DNA of 64,000 nucleotides from Oikopleura dioica (Eukaryota > Animalia > Chordata): assembly GCA_907165135.1 (NCBI GenBank), contig OU015568.1, positions 6,076,001 to 6,140,000 of the forward strand. Reading direction: 5' to 3'. Of the stretch, positions 35,701 to 47,158 are shown one piece after another (positions within the stretch are counted from its first letter, which is position 1; every line of letters starts with the position of its first letter). The notes below the pieces were generated by a model. The model made no database searches, was not told where the DNA came from, and saw only the letters and a list, made by a program, of their open reading frames with translations. The translations under genes were made by a program, and so were the position numbers.

Positions 35701-37905
35701 CGATTGGAAGAATTCGATTTTCACATTGTCTACATCAAGGGATCAGAAAATCAATTCGCCGATTTTATGAGCCGCAGACCTGGCGAGGACGACAAATCAC
35801 TTGGATACGACTCTGAGTTTCCCGTTGGTCGCGAGTACGAAATCGACAAGAATTCACCAGTACGTGTCTTCGTCCCTTTCTGGAACGAAAATCAGTTTCC
35901 GGAGAAAATCACTTTATCAGAGGTGAAGATACATAAGGTAAACGTCAAGGCTATCGCGGCGCCAATGGAGATTCCGTTGGTGTCAGCGAATTATAATAAC
36001 ATTCTGGACTATCAAAGGGAGGACTCTGCTCTGAGTGCAATCATCACTTTTCTGGAATCTGGTAAGGAGCCACTGGACATAAAATCGCTGGTGAAGGACT
36101 CCGACCACCGACAATCGTCTCTACTCAAGATGGAAAAAGCTCTGTTCCTGGATAACACTACCGGGTGCTTGATGTGTCAATTCAAATCTGGCGCGCGGGC
36201 GGTGGTACCGGAAGCGGTAAAAAGTCACTTTCTCTTTCTAGCTCACGACTTGTCCGGTCATCTGGGCGAGCCGCGGACTTTAGAGCGATTAGAGGACGTT
36301 TGGTGGCCTTCATTTCAAGACGATGTTTCTAACTACGTCCACAGCTGCGTCCCTTGCCTACGCAGAAAAGGATCTGCTGGAACTCGTACCAAACCGCCAC
36401 TTGGAACCCTTCGTCGTGGAAAAACAGCTGGCGAATCGATTCAGATCGATTTCGCTTGTATGCCTCCCGCTGGCGGATTCAAGTATTATTTGGTGGTGGC
36501 GGACACTTTCTCTCGCTACACTTGGTGCATTCCGACGCGGTCCGACACTGCTATCTGCGCTGCAAAAGCGCTCATCTACAAGGTCTTCCTTCCCATGGAT
36601 TTCTTGCCGAAACATCTACACAGTGACAGAGGTACCCACTTCTGCGCAAGCGTGATTGACGAAATGTGTAAGCTTAACCAGATAAAACATACAATAAGTA
36701 CCGCATTTCACCCTCAATCAAACGCTTTCGCAGAAAGAGCGAATCGGACTATCAAAAACAGTCTATTCTGCATGGTCAACTCATCTTCCGGTCGAAAAAC
36801 TTGGGCCGACTGCGTTCCCCACGTGATGCGCGCGCTCAATAGTGTGAAAAACAAAAGCACGAAAATTTCACCGCGAGAAGTTTGGTTTGGCCGAAAAAGT
36901 ACTTTCACCCACTCTACTGGCGCAGAAATGACAGCGGAAACACCTCAGGTGTTTGGTCTCAATGTTGGAGCTTTAGCGAAATCGGCGGAAGCCATTGTGA
37001 AAACTGCGATGGAAGCTGCTGACCGAGCCATGGAGCACAGGCTGAAAAACGAGCCTAAGCCGAGACCAATCCCCGCTGGCGCTGTCGTGTACATTAAGCG
37101 AGAAAACCTGACCGACGCTAAAAGCAAGAAGGAACGCTGGGTAGGTCCCCTGAAAGCCGTTTCGAGCAACGACTGGGTCGTCATGGTCGAAGATAAAAAA
37201 GGACAACGTGATTTCATCCATCGAGAACACGTGGTTCACGCCGCAGAACGAAATCACGACTTACGCTGGATTGATTACTACGAGGCCGAGTACGTATTCC
37301 CACATTTAACCGAAATCGTTAAGTCGAAAGTCCCACAAAAATCGCCTGTTCCTACTTCCAAACCGATGGAAAAGTCCGGGTCGAAGTCGCATGGGGGGAG
37401 GAAATCTTCTCAGGTCGCGTCGACTCCGATGGTTGCTATGGAAAAACCGCCAAGATCATCTCTATCACCTATTTTGGAAAGTAGACGCCGATTGGACATG
37501 GAAAATCTGGGAGATACAACCGCTACATCTATTTTGGACTCGTCGGTAGCTCCAGCCGAGCCGTCAGATCGCTGGTACTCTGGTGGTACTCTTTATGAAA
37601 CTGCCGAGGACATGTCAGCTGATGCTACAGTGATTTCGGAGGTTGCTGCGCCCGACAATAGCCATATGTCAGTCGATAAACAAAATTCAACAGTAGTTGA
37701 GGGCTCAGCAACTGAAAACAGCAAGAAAAGAACCCGTCCAAAGTCTTCACCAGATCGTCAATACTCAGCCGGCGCCGATCCGAATGCGACTTTAACCGAA
37801 GTTGGAGCAGCTCATCTCCCGAAACATACAAAACGAGCACACCGTGAAACGAGGCCCGTCGAACCTCTAAACATCGGCACAAACTCGGGTCAGTCATACG
37901 ACTAA
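32752..37905 (+). CDS. Gag-pol polyprotein, 1717 aa, copy 2
   Basis: Same motifs as copy 1; 11 amino-acid differences, all in the PR-RT linker and RT. Confidence 0.97.
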   Translation: MAANKSLLETVTEIRSINDRVNYLEEQVRNDESLKPSLEPLITESRVKLEQLSTTLLTCELDQGKDSTNATMREEAWVATTWSRHVQDLPKLDAACNTSFNTFLGRADIYHRAYVRDRPSREQPFIAAVYSHFDLNIERSLGTEFLNCQDWKSAKALLEKSFAAKSHYLLKLSEVFDVEYDHSKPFAHYTANVLQKMNEAKQATLNSYRQEKSADAGVDEIFDIFSTMMLYLNLRKEEPDVFNAILPSLSKVYDINELCRLAQSTRQNRVDSATVSQHFNRNKNKKKKNAKRASNDSKDGKDDKQPESKKINTTKNVEDFQPFDVHFYTVKKKRPGKAYFASATIITGSKSFDVSMEVDSGAESSCLSAAYVPDEFLQMLKPCPFKVTGFSPNIPAEQPMGILPCRLSFNGGPAFSLNLTIMPGSKYPSLLGRDILENAMTDSFTVDNKNRTLSFCYNEAFTQTETQVVKLDGVKRTKIKKYLTTRSAVKDSDRSRTQPPPKVPKLDAPNKNAARCPIQLAKQKLGITLPANADPGQKKVVAELCLDFDDRFGCDGQKMGEFPFEIEIPTDGTSRNISQHPIPQAFHGQVTDHISELLDTKIIEEIKDQKGFNSPVLPIPKKSGEMRFCINYKNSLNKCLSDKSDPYHLPSMEDTIANIGPGNKYFATVDLRSGYWQCPIKKSDRYKTSFQWGGKSYAFCRLPFGYRCSGNIFSRVVNTILDSSPTRKKMLSYIDDIVCFGKSFSCYYNTLRNLFIALRKFNAKLKGEKCSFLQSEAHFLGRIINEEGIKPDPAQVSALRQMKPPRSQKELASLIGSLNWIRGFLETKMGEAISSGCFSSRMKPINDVRNSANETNCFKWTKEADLALKEIQRRLSETPVISFPNFDESFHLYTDASLYAAGGVLLQEYGGRVHLVSAISHTFNKAERKWNTSEKEMFSIVWCCERLEKLLKGRFFQIHTDHRSLIFLHKKKFKNSKISRWQSRLEEFDFHIVYIKGSENQFADFMSRRPGEDDKSLGYDSEFPVGREYEIDKNSPVRVFVPFWNENQFPEKITLSEVKIHKVNVKAIAAPMEIPLVSANYNNILDYQREDSALSAIITFLESGKEPLDIKSLVKDSDHRQSSLLKMEKALFLDNTTGCLMCQFKSGARAVVPEAVKSHFLFLAHDLSGHLGEPRTLERLEDVWWPSFQDDVSNYVHSCVPCLRRKGSAGTRTKPPLGTLRRGKTAGESIQIDFACMPPAGGFKYYLVVADTFSRYTWCIPTRSDTAICAAKALIYKVFLPMDFLPKHLHSDRGTHFCASVIDEMCKLNQIKHTISTAFHPQSNAFAERANRTIKNSLFCMVNSSSGRKTWADCVPHVMRALNSVKNKSTKISPREVWFGRKSTFTHSTGAEMTAETPQVFGLNVGALAKSAEAIVKTAMEAADRAMEHRLKNEPKPRPIPAGAVVYIKRENLTDAKSKKERWVGPLKAVSSNDWVVMVEDKKGQRDFIHREHVVHAAERNHDLRWIDYYEAEYVFPHLTEIVKSKVPQKSPVPTSKPMEKSGSKSHGGRKSSQVASTPMVAMEKPPRSSLSPILESRRRLDMENLGDTTATSILDSSVAPAEPSDRWYSGGTLYETAEDMSADATVISEVAAPDNSHMSVDKQNSTVVEGSATENSKKRTRPKSSPDRQYSAGADPNATLTEVGAAHLPKHTKRAHRETRPVEPLNIGTNSGQSYD

Positions 37906-38214
37906 GCGCAAGTACTGCCCCACTCAGGTCCCCTATTCATCGACCGGGGCCTGAAAAGGTACGGAAATTATCACAGTTTACCGTCGCCGACGTATTTTGA
38001 GTTCTTCTACATGTGCAGCTACTCCTTCATGTCATCACCGCTCGGACATCACGAAAACTTCGCATCTGATTCAAGCTTTTTCCCAAAAAAGGGTTTTTTA
38101 ACGCGAATCAGACTGCCTCGACGTTTCGAACCTGCCATGTTACTCATCTTACGCTTATACTCCTGCAAAAATCACACACTTTGGCCTTAGAGGACGTTTC
38201 AGTCTCATGGGGGG

Positions 38215-38470
38215 TATTGGGATCTTAGATTCGTTAGACTCCCTCGTCCCCTAAGGTCACTTGCTTATCTAGATCGAGCTTTGCTCGGTCGCCGCCGTGT
38301 ATTTCTCTCCATTCGGTAATTCACGCAGTTCGTGAATTAACCTCTATTTTACTCCAGCTCGAAATACAGACGTCAAAGATACTTTACTCGTTTTCTTCAC
38401 TCGTCCAGATATAGAGAGCAGGCAAACTACGCTAGAAGTGGGAGATTCAGCAGAAGCTAGGATCCCTTCA
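38215..38470 (+). repeat. 3' LTR, copy 2
   Basis: Follows the PPT and is followed by TSD CAGC. Confidence 0.95.
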
Positions 38471-38507
38471 CAGCCAAGAATTAAACTTTTTCTGTTTCAG
38501 ACTTGGG

Positions 38508-41212
38508 ATGTCGGGAATAAACACTCCGATGAAGGAACTCTCCTTAGAGTTTTCCTTCACGGAGTCGACCAAAGAGGAGCAGACGGATGAAAAAATGAAT
38601 GTCGACGAGAATATGCTCCCAAAGTGCACTTCCGACGCGGAAATTCAGCCCAAAAGAGCGCTAGGTATGATTTTTTTCTATTTTCAAACTCTGATGAAGT
38701 ATTTCAGTGTTCGACGATGTGCCAGAGCTTTCTGAGGATGAGGAAGTCGATCAAAATTCGAACATCAATCTTCCGCCGCCAGAGCTCTCAGAGGAAGAAA
38801 TGGAAATCGAGGACAAGGAAAATCTCAAGCCTGCAGATCTTCCCCAGCCAAAAGAGAAAATCCTCATAAGTAAGTTCCCATTTCCAAGATAATGAAAAAT
38901 ATTAACAAATTCTCTTTCAGAGGAGCCAGATTTTCCAGCGCCAGCGATCGAAGTTCCCGAAGAGCCGAAAGAAAGCCGCATTTTGTCGCCAAAGAAAGGC
39001 GTCAAGGTGAACACTGCGCACACGCCGAGCTACATGCGCGGAACGGCCAGTTCCAGCGCCAAAACGCCGAAAAAAGGTGGAGAAAAAGTGCCGGAAGAGA
39101 AGAAGAGAGAGATGCCGAAGCCCGGCTTCTCGACGAAATTCAGCAAACCAACGACCAAGAAGTATGGCATTGCTGCATCTCTTTGCAAGAAAGAAGCCAC
39201 CAAGCCGGTCGTGAGCAAAGCTGCTTCTGGCCAGTCGAGTTCTTCGCGCTTCGGTTTCCAGCCGCCGAAAAAGCTCGCTTCTCGCCCAGCAACGGCTCCT
39301 TCGAAACCTGTTGCCCCGAAGCCGACAGCGATGAAATCAAAAACAGAAACAGCTGCTCGAGGACGGCCAACAGTCGCGACAAAAACAACGACAAAATCAA
39401 AAACCGTCACCGCGCCCAAACGACCAGTCAGTGCTCGTCCTGCTTTTGGATCTAGCGCGAAGCCGGCCAAACCAGTTGTCAGTTCTCGACCGGCGAGTGC
39501 GAAACCAACGGTCGATCGAGCGAAGAGCACGCTGACTTCGCGAGTTGGTACCGGATCGGCGCCAAAGCCAAGTACGATGAGTGCGAAGAGTTCGATTCCA
39601 CCGCGGCCAGCTTCAGCCAAGCCACGACCGGCTACTACTTCAACTTCTGCCAGTCGATTTGGCGCAGTTGCAAAGACTGGCGTGAGTAAAACTGAGAGAA
39701 AGCCTGGTGCACCAAAAAAAGAGGAAGCGAAGAAGGTCGTCCAGCCGACCTCTTCAAAGGTGAAGCCAGGTGTGGTTCAGCCAAAGGTTGTCTCACGATT
39801 CGGGCAAGCTTCAGCTTCCAGCAAGAAAGAAGTGCAGAAAGTTAAGCCAGCGAGTAGTACTGCACCAGGAAAGAGCACGGCAGCGACGATTCCGAAGCCA
39901 AAGATTCCGTCTTCGACGATGGAAAAGTCTGAAAAGTCGAAGCCGCTTACGGCCAAGGCAGTTGAGGTTACTGAGAGACTTTTGAGCAAGACGCCAAAAA
40001 CGCCTCGTGATAAACCAGCAGAGTCGAAGACTCCTGCTTCTTCCTCTGCATCTATGAAAGCGAAAACACCAGTGCGACCGAAAACTCCAGTGGCGAAAAC
40101 ACCAGCTAAAACTCCTGGAAAGATGAGCTCTAAGACGCCCACTGGAGCGACTGGCAAGAGTGCGAAGAAAGAAGAGGCGAAGAAGCGTCGTCGAACTCGC
40201 TACTCGATCACTCAAGAGGCGACGGAGAAAATGTCGGAAGCGTTTTCGAAGTGTGCCAAGAACAGAGTCGAAGCGAACGAGTCGCTCTTCAAAGACTTGA
40301 ACGAGGACGACCAAAACGACGCTGAAAGCAATTTGGTGGTGCAGGCGATTGAAAACCTGATCCAGTCGGCGAAGGAACAGAACTTGCCAAGCCACAACTT
40401 GCTCGATCTGTTGACAGGAATGAGAGACGATCTCGGCGAAGATATTGCCATGGTCACCTGCTACTGGGCGGCGAAAATCGACGTCTTGATGAAATTAGGT
40501 AAAACTCATTCTTTCTCCGTCAATTTATCATAAAATTAAAGGCTCGAAAGCTTGTGAAATCAAAGAGGAGCTCGAAACAGCGACAAAATCGAATCCAATC
40601 CCAGCGTCCGACTTCGCCAAGCTCAAAAAAGAAACACTGGAGAAGATGTCTGAACCTGGATTCGACGAGCGAGGTGCCACTCCAGATCCGGAAGCGACAA
40701 TTCCGCTCGAGGACGATGAAATGCTCGAGCTTTCGATCGTCAACATGCCTCCCTTCGAGGAACCAGCTCCTGCTCCGACAGTTTCTGTTGAGGCGCCTAC
40801 TCCTGAGCCGGAATCATTCGTTGAGCCAATGTCTACCGAGCAAACACTGGCCAATCTGACCGAGATGAACAACAAGCAGGATGCTACCTTGCTCCGCTTT
40901 GTGGTAAGTTTCAGTAAAATTGGTCCCATCTGAGTTCATTTCTAGGTTCGAAAAACCAAGTGCAAGGATCTCTCAAAATTGATCGTCACTCCAGTACGGC
41001 GATCAAAGCGGATCGCCAATAAAACGCCTGGAAAGACGCCTGGCACTCCGACTACTCGAACTCCCAGAGCCGAGGTAAGATATTCTTCTTATTGTTCACA
41101 AATAACGATTCTTATCTAGCTGGACATCACCGATCTGAAAGAACTCCACAACAACACCGAAATCGGTTTCTTGGAGAACCCAAAACTCAACCTCGACTCC
41201 GTTCTTGAGTGA
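38508..41212 (+). CDS. CKAP2-like microtubule-associated protein
   Basis: Long basic Pro/Ser/Thr region with TPSYMRGTASS, then CYWAAKIDVL and a C-terminal LIVTPVRRSKRI resembling CKAP2 YWICLA and TPVRRSRRL. Confidence 0.55.
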
Positions 41213-41445
41213 TTCATTCTCGCCATTTTCACCACCTTCACACAAAATGTATATACTCACTAATAAAAACTAACGTTCACTTTTCACATTCCCGCACCCA
41301 ATTTCACCCCTGCCAAAATCTACTGTTCACATTCCCGAATAAAATGGAAACATTTTAACATGTGCAGTAAATTCTGTCTCTTTATTTGCATCTTCGCATT
41401 TTCAATTAGAAATCCTAGAAATCGGTTTTGGTTGAATTCGAAAGG

Positions 41446-43628
41446 ATGAGTCAGAAAAAAGCGCGTACATTTGATCTCCAAGCGATGCTTGGAGAGACTC
41501 TCAAGACTGCCCAAGAGAGTAGCCGTGAAACTTTAGCCCGGCGAGAGGAGGAGGAGAAAAATCGTCAAAAGTCGGCGAAAAAACGGACTGTAAGCGAGGT
41601 TGAATCAAAGCCATCCAAACCTGCTGAGCCGGCGCCAGAATCTGACGGAGAAGATGTTGGTCCTGCTCTTCCTCCCGGCTTCGTCATTCCTAACATGCAA
41701 GAACTCGCTAAAAAGTCTGAGGAAAATGCGAAGAAAGAAGAAGAGCAAGACTCTGACAGTGACTCAGAGTCAGATGATGAGGTATTTTTAGTCGGTTGAA
41801 TCAATTCTTACTTACTATTACTTTAGCAAGACAATGAGCGAAGAATGACGCTTCCGATAACTAGTCGCATTGCGCTCAACCACGGAAGTAAACCAGTGCA
41901 AGCACTTTGCCTTGATCCTCCGGGCGGGCGACTTTTAACAGGAGCAGATGACTACAACATGAAATTCTGGGATTTTCCCGGAATGACCAACACTTTCGAG
42001 CCATTCCGCTACATGGAGCCGCAAGAAGGCTATCACGTGCGAGACTTGTCGTATTCCGTCACCGGCGACAACATTCTAGTGGTGACTGGATCGATGCAGC
42101 CTATTTTGTACGACAGAGACGGTTTTCTCGTCGGCACTTGCGTCAAAGGCGACAGCTACTTGATGGACTCGTCGAAGACTGAAGGGCATCAGGCGATGTG
42201 TAACGCCGGCCAGTTTCATCCTTTTGAGAGAGAATGGATGGTTACCTGCGCCAATGATGGAACCATTCGGTAAGCTTAGAAAATGGGGAAACAAAGATTG
42301 AGATTTTAAGGCAATGGAATGTCGAAGATCGGGAAAAAGACATGTTCGGCTGTATAGTAATGAAACAATACGACTGCAGAAAAGTGCGAAATCGACAAGG
42401 AAAGCGGGCGACTCCTACTGCGCTCACTTACTGTCGTCAAGGAAAGCTGCTGGCGAGTGGGAACGACGATGGCTCAGTTCAGATTTGGGATCATAGAAGA
42501 ATCGTCTCTCCGAAAATAAGAATTTGGAACTGTCATCCGGCGGGGAGAGAATAACCTGCTGTACTTTTTCGTACGACAACACAATCGTGGCGACGAGATG
42601 CCTCGATGGAACGATGAAGCTCTTCGATCTCAGAAACACGAAGCAAGCGCTCTTTGTTAGGGACAACTTGCCGGCGCGTTATGACGGAACTAAAATTGCG
42701 TTCTCGCCGAATGACAAAATCATCTGTGTTGGAACTTCCGGCGAGAGAGTCAAAAAGGGCGTTCAAAAGCCCGGGGAGTTGAAGTTTTTCTTGAGAGACG
42801 ACATGTCCGAAGTCAAATCTGTTCCGGTAATTTTCTAAATTCTTTATAATCGTCCTTGAGAATCGTTTTAGTTGCAATCGGGATCGGCAATCGGAATTTT
42901 ATGGCATCACAGAATCAATCAAATTATCTATGGAACGTCCGATGGAAAAGCTTGCGTCTACTTCGATGAAAAAGTGTCTCATAGAGGGGCGAAGCTATGT
43001 GTTTCGAAGCGAAAGAAAGCTGCAGAATTCGTGGAAATGGACGCCAATGTCCACGTCGTCGTTCCTTTCCAACCAAAGAACTTCAGGGAGCCGAAACCAT
43101 CTTCCAAAGAAACTCAATTTGTCAAGGTATTAATCAGTGCCTCCGCAGTTTCCTCTACTATAGAATTTAGGCGAGGAAAAATGCTCAAGCTTCTCATGCG
43201 CCAGAAGCACCGCTCAATCCTACAATGGCTGGTCAGCTCGGTCGACTCAATGCTCCAAATGGGACGCTGCACAAGTTTATCGCCAAAGAGGTCTTTCAAG
43301 TTGACGTTTCTCTTTTCAAAAGTGAATTCAGATTGCAATGAAAACCTCAGATGACGATCCAACTTTGATTCGTCAGAAGATTCTCAGACACGCCTACAAA
43401 GCTGAAGAAGAAGGCAACCTTATCAACGCTGCTTATTCACAAACACAGCCTGTCAACGTTCTAGGTGACTTTTCTTTCCTCAATCTTTCGCTTACTAAAA
43501 TTCAAGCGGAGCACAAAACGCTGGAAGACGAAGATGCAGAGTTCAACCAGCCTATGTGGAAACGAATGAAATATCAAGACGACAAGAAGAAGGGCAAAAT
43601 CGTCGTCGATGAAGAAAAACTTGTCTGA
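41446..43628 (+). CDS. WDR70: WD repeat protein 70
   Basis: RTFDLQAM, HGSKPVQALCLDPPGGRLLTG..DYNMKFWDF.GM, YDRDG..CVKGDSYL.D..KTEGH, and LWHHRINQI. One apparent 1-nt homopolymer deletion near 42545. Confidence 0.92.
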
Positions 43629-43795
43629 ATCTCATTTTCTAGTCTTATTTTCTGCCAAACGGATAACACGAATCATTCTTCATTACTTTTAATCCTTGTT
43701 GATTTTGATTTATGATTCGGTTTTATTAACATTTCTTTTTGGAGGAAGAGTTGAATGTACATATCAATCAGAGGTAGCAACTATATGAACTATTT

Positions 43796-46700
43796 TTACA
43801 TATCGATTCGTGCAGGGACGTTTTCAGGCAGGAGATATTCATATGGAACTCTCCACGATTTGTTTCTAAAATGCAATCAGCAAAACGGGATGATCCAGGA
43901 ACAAACCGTTCGTTAATCTTTTTTCCAATATCCTTGACGTCCTGGGTAAATTCTTCAAGTATCTTTATAGCGCTTTCCTCTGTGAATAGCTTCATGGGAA
44001 ACTCGCCCAGAAAGACCTGAAGTTAATATGTCAAAAATTTATTTGACTCGAGGGCGCGTACCTCGTCGGCTGGTGGGGTTGACAATGTGTGCGAGACGGC
44101 CATTTGCGCGCACATCAGGTCTTGATCTGGCAGCGTGTTCATTATGTCTTCCATTGTCACCTTTTTCGGGGCTCAAAATGAGCTCCTCCCTCGGCATAAA
44201 GTTAACTATTTCAAGCCCCTTTCCTTATCTTTGTCAACTGGAGCTGGCTGTCTGAGAAGAACTGGATGCGCGGGTGGATTTCCATAGATGTCGAACATGG
44301 GATTTCCTTCTGCGGCGTGTTGAACACTCGACATAAAGATGATTCCAGTGAGAAGATGAATTAGCTCGTCCTGAAATGAGTGGAAAGTGCGTCTTTTCAT
44401 CGCGATCTCTTACCTTTGTGCTGAGCTCGTTTGGTAGCTTGTCGTCATCAGCGTACGCGAATCCAAATTTCTAAAAAACAATCATTTAACTTTCCAATTA
44501 GCGATTAGTGATTGTGGCTGGCGGCAGATGTTGGAAGTGCCTAATGGCGACCATCTATCTTCACTAACCTTTGACTCCTTCATGAAGTCTTGTAATTCGC
44601 TGTCTTGGACAACATCACCGTCGCTCTTGTAATACAGCTCGATGATTCGACGCGTGTACTTTTGATCGCCGACCAGTAGAGCAGCGAGTCGTCTCGGTAG
44701 CCGTACTCTTTTATCTATTGACTCGTATTTTACCCATATAAGCATGTCCAATTTACCTTTGAATCAAGAACTCCCGCTTCGCGAGACATTTGGGCACGTC
44801 AAAGTCCTCAATCGACCACTTTTTGAAGCCTCTTTTGAGAAGTTCAAGATGTCCCCGCCGCCTTGGATACATAAATAAACTGGCATTTCAATCAATCTGT
44901 AATTACCAGTGGACATGACACGGTCAATGGTACCTCCGGGACTGATCATGACTCCCCTAGCATATGAATCGACAGCAATGATATGCTAGACATTGGCTTA
45001 TTATTAAAAGAAGAAGAGCGTCCGTATTGACTCAATACAGATGCTCGAGAAGAGCGACTCCCGGAAGTAACTGAGCGTACCTGCAGATGAGTGAACATGA
45101 AGCGGAAAAGAGGATGATTTCGCGAAACACGGCGGCGGAGTGCGATTGCAAACGGCTCCGTCACCATGTGCGTGAACAACAAATGCTCATTCAGTTGCTG
45201 GATCTGAAATAAAATGATTTTGTTTGAAAGTTTCTTTTACAGATTCATCAACTGACTGAACATACAGAGAATGAGCGGTGCCACGAGTGGATAAGTACAT
45301 CAATCAAGAATTAAATCAAGACGAAAGTCCGCTTGCATATTAATCAGATACCTAGAGATGTGGTTTTGCCAGTGTTTGCCCCTGGGACGCCTTCCCCCAT
45401 TTCCCGGCCGATGGTGTTCAGCGCGAGGTGGAAGGGTGTATGAGTGGCCAGCAACTTTCTGAGGGGGTGCACGATGCTCAAATTGCGGATCATGGCAACC
45501 ACAAAGGGCTCGGGCGCCAAGTGACACCGGAGCAAATGTTCAGTCACTTGTTGAATCTGACTCGGCCTGAATTAGGCAAGCCCGCAAATTGGAATTTCTT
45601 ACCTGTCCGTTGGCGCTGTTGAAAAACATCTTCGCCAGCAACCACGCGTTTGGTGGATCTTTTGGGGTGAACACGGGATTGTTTTCTTCCTTATTCGAGA
45701 ATAATTGAATCGCCAGTGGCTCGAGGAAGCCTTCATTGTTACAGTAAAGGACGAGCAGGGGCGCGCAAGTGTAGTTTTTCGTCTAATGAGAATCAATTTC
45801 AATTAGAGTCTGGCGGAAGTCACATAATTTACCTTGAGTATTGGGTGATCGCCGCACGGGATTCCTTCCAGATAGTTCGATAATAGCTGGATAATAATAA
45901 AAACACGGTGATGAGTTTGTCAGATGACCTTTCTTTCAGAAGATCACTGAACCTCAAACTTTCAGTTTAAATTTGAATATAAATAAGTTAAAAACTATTC
46001 CTTCAAGAATCGAGTTGTCTACCATGAAGATGCGGCCATCGAGTAAAGCGTTCTGATAAGTGACTCCACTTGGGAGGCATTTTTCCAAATCAGCTGTTGT
46101 GATGGAGTAGTACTTTGGAAGGCTCTTGAAAACCCTCTGCACCCCGGTTGGTCTGAATATTCGATTCAAAGGACAAGTGGGGAATCATTTCTCTTACCTG
46201 CATCCATTGATTTGTTGTCGGGCGAATTCGAGGTCGGATCTATAAAAATTAACTATTTTGATAAAGATGGATAGTAATGGGTACCGCCAGTTATGCCAGC
46301 AGTCGTGATTGATTTCCCGATTTTTCATCGTTGGAATAAGCAAGAGTTTGTGCACATCTTCCAGCGAGTCGAAATTTCTAAAGATTCCCACGAAGCGATT
46401 GAGGAGCAGATTTTTGAGACCAGTCGCGCGACAGTTGTGGAACTCGGCATCGCGTTCGGCCGACCATTGCGAGTTTCTTGGAAGATCTCTGTGCTGCTCT
46501 GCTTGGAGATGCCCATTCAGGCCGTATGTGAGGTCTTCTTTCTCTGGCTCCGCTCGCCAGCGATAGGTCGTTCGCTGTTTTCGGAGATATTCTTCTCGGA
46601 ACTTTCGTTTGACTTCAAGACTATCGTCTTGTGGGAGATATGCGGTACCCTCGGCGGTCGTCGCTCCGTCTGTTACCCATTCGTAGAAGGGGAAGAAATA

Positions 46701-47158
46701 TTCTTTCGACTTTTCGGGGTTTACTGAGTTCGCGATCAAGGAAAAAATAGGAGAATTTGAAAACCCGTCCTTCATAATAACTTTGACATACTCCACATAC
46801 CAATCAGGAGAGAGCCCCTTGTCCTTTATCACTAAAAAAGATGCTAGAAGAAGAAAAAAAGCAGGTTCTTACGAAGTTTGCAGAGAAGAGGCGTTCCAAT
46901 ATTCTTCATTTTGATGATGAACTTGTCTGAATTTCCTCTCTCAAAGTCATCGCGAAAAAAGTTATCAATTTTTGTCGGTTTCGTAGAACTGTCCTCGCCG
47001 ATCAGTTGAATCTTCACGTCTGCATCTGTGCCCGCTGCTTTCGTGTTTCCAGTTTTGACGACGACTTTGTAGGTGATCTCTTCGGCGAAGGGGTCTCCGA
47101 AGTCGATCGACTTGGTCTTGCTGTTGATGCAGTAGGCTAGTCTCTTCATCAGTGCCAT
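43796..47158 (-). CDS. Lipoxygenase (PLAT + LOX domain) with alternative active-site exons
   Basis: PLAT YKVVVKTG..AGTDADV..DFERG; WLLAKMFF; HLLxxH (two versions); YRDD; QHAA; C-terminus PYEYLLPENVPARIDM*. Confidence 0.92.
44907..45203 (-). CDS. Lipoxygenase alternative module B (exons 45081-45203 and 44907-44985; 202 nt, phase 0 to 1)
   Basis: CAG|IQQLNEHLLFTHMVTEPF..HPLFRFMFTHLQ|GT..AG|HIIAVDSYARGVMISPGGTIDRVMST-G|GT. Confidence 0.85.
45352..45556 (-). CDS. Lipoxygenase alternative module A (one exon, 205 nt, phase 0 to 1)
   Basis: CAG|IQQVTEHLLRCHLAPEPF..HPLRKLLATH..LNTIGREM..TTSL-G|GT. Confidence 0.85.

Larger units (their letters stand above)
31985..38470 (+). mobile_element. Full-length Ty3/gypsy LTR retrotransposon, copy 2 (6486 bp)
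   Basis: LTRs 31985-32240 and 38215-38470; 4-bp TSD CAGC; PBS 32242-32252; PPT 38207-38214. Confidence 0.97.

Noticed and set aside
25061-37897. Short antisense and alternate-frame ORFs within gag-pol
   Set aside because: Shadow ORFs of a long coding sequence with no recognisable motifs.
24147-38470. Second LTR element as an assembly duplication or tandem array
   Set aside because: Distinct TSDs, unique flanks, an element-specific LTR variant and many internal SNPs.
42535-42550. WDR70 frameshift
   Set aside because: One G is missing in a G run; the gene is otherwise conserved, so this is a probable assembly error.
44640-44860. Lipoxygenase as a pseudogene (three frameshifts)
   Set aside because: Each is a single missing base in a G or A run (GGGGH, KRGV, IKKY) and conserved residues resume immediately; likely long-read homopolymer errors. 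Needs polishing to confirm.
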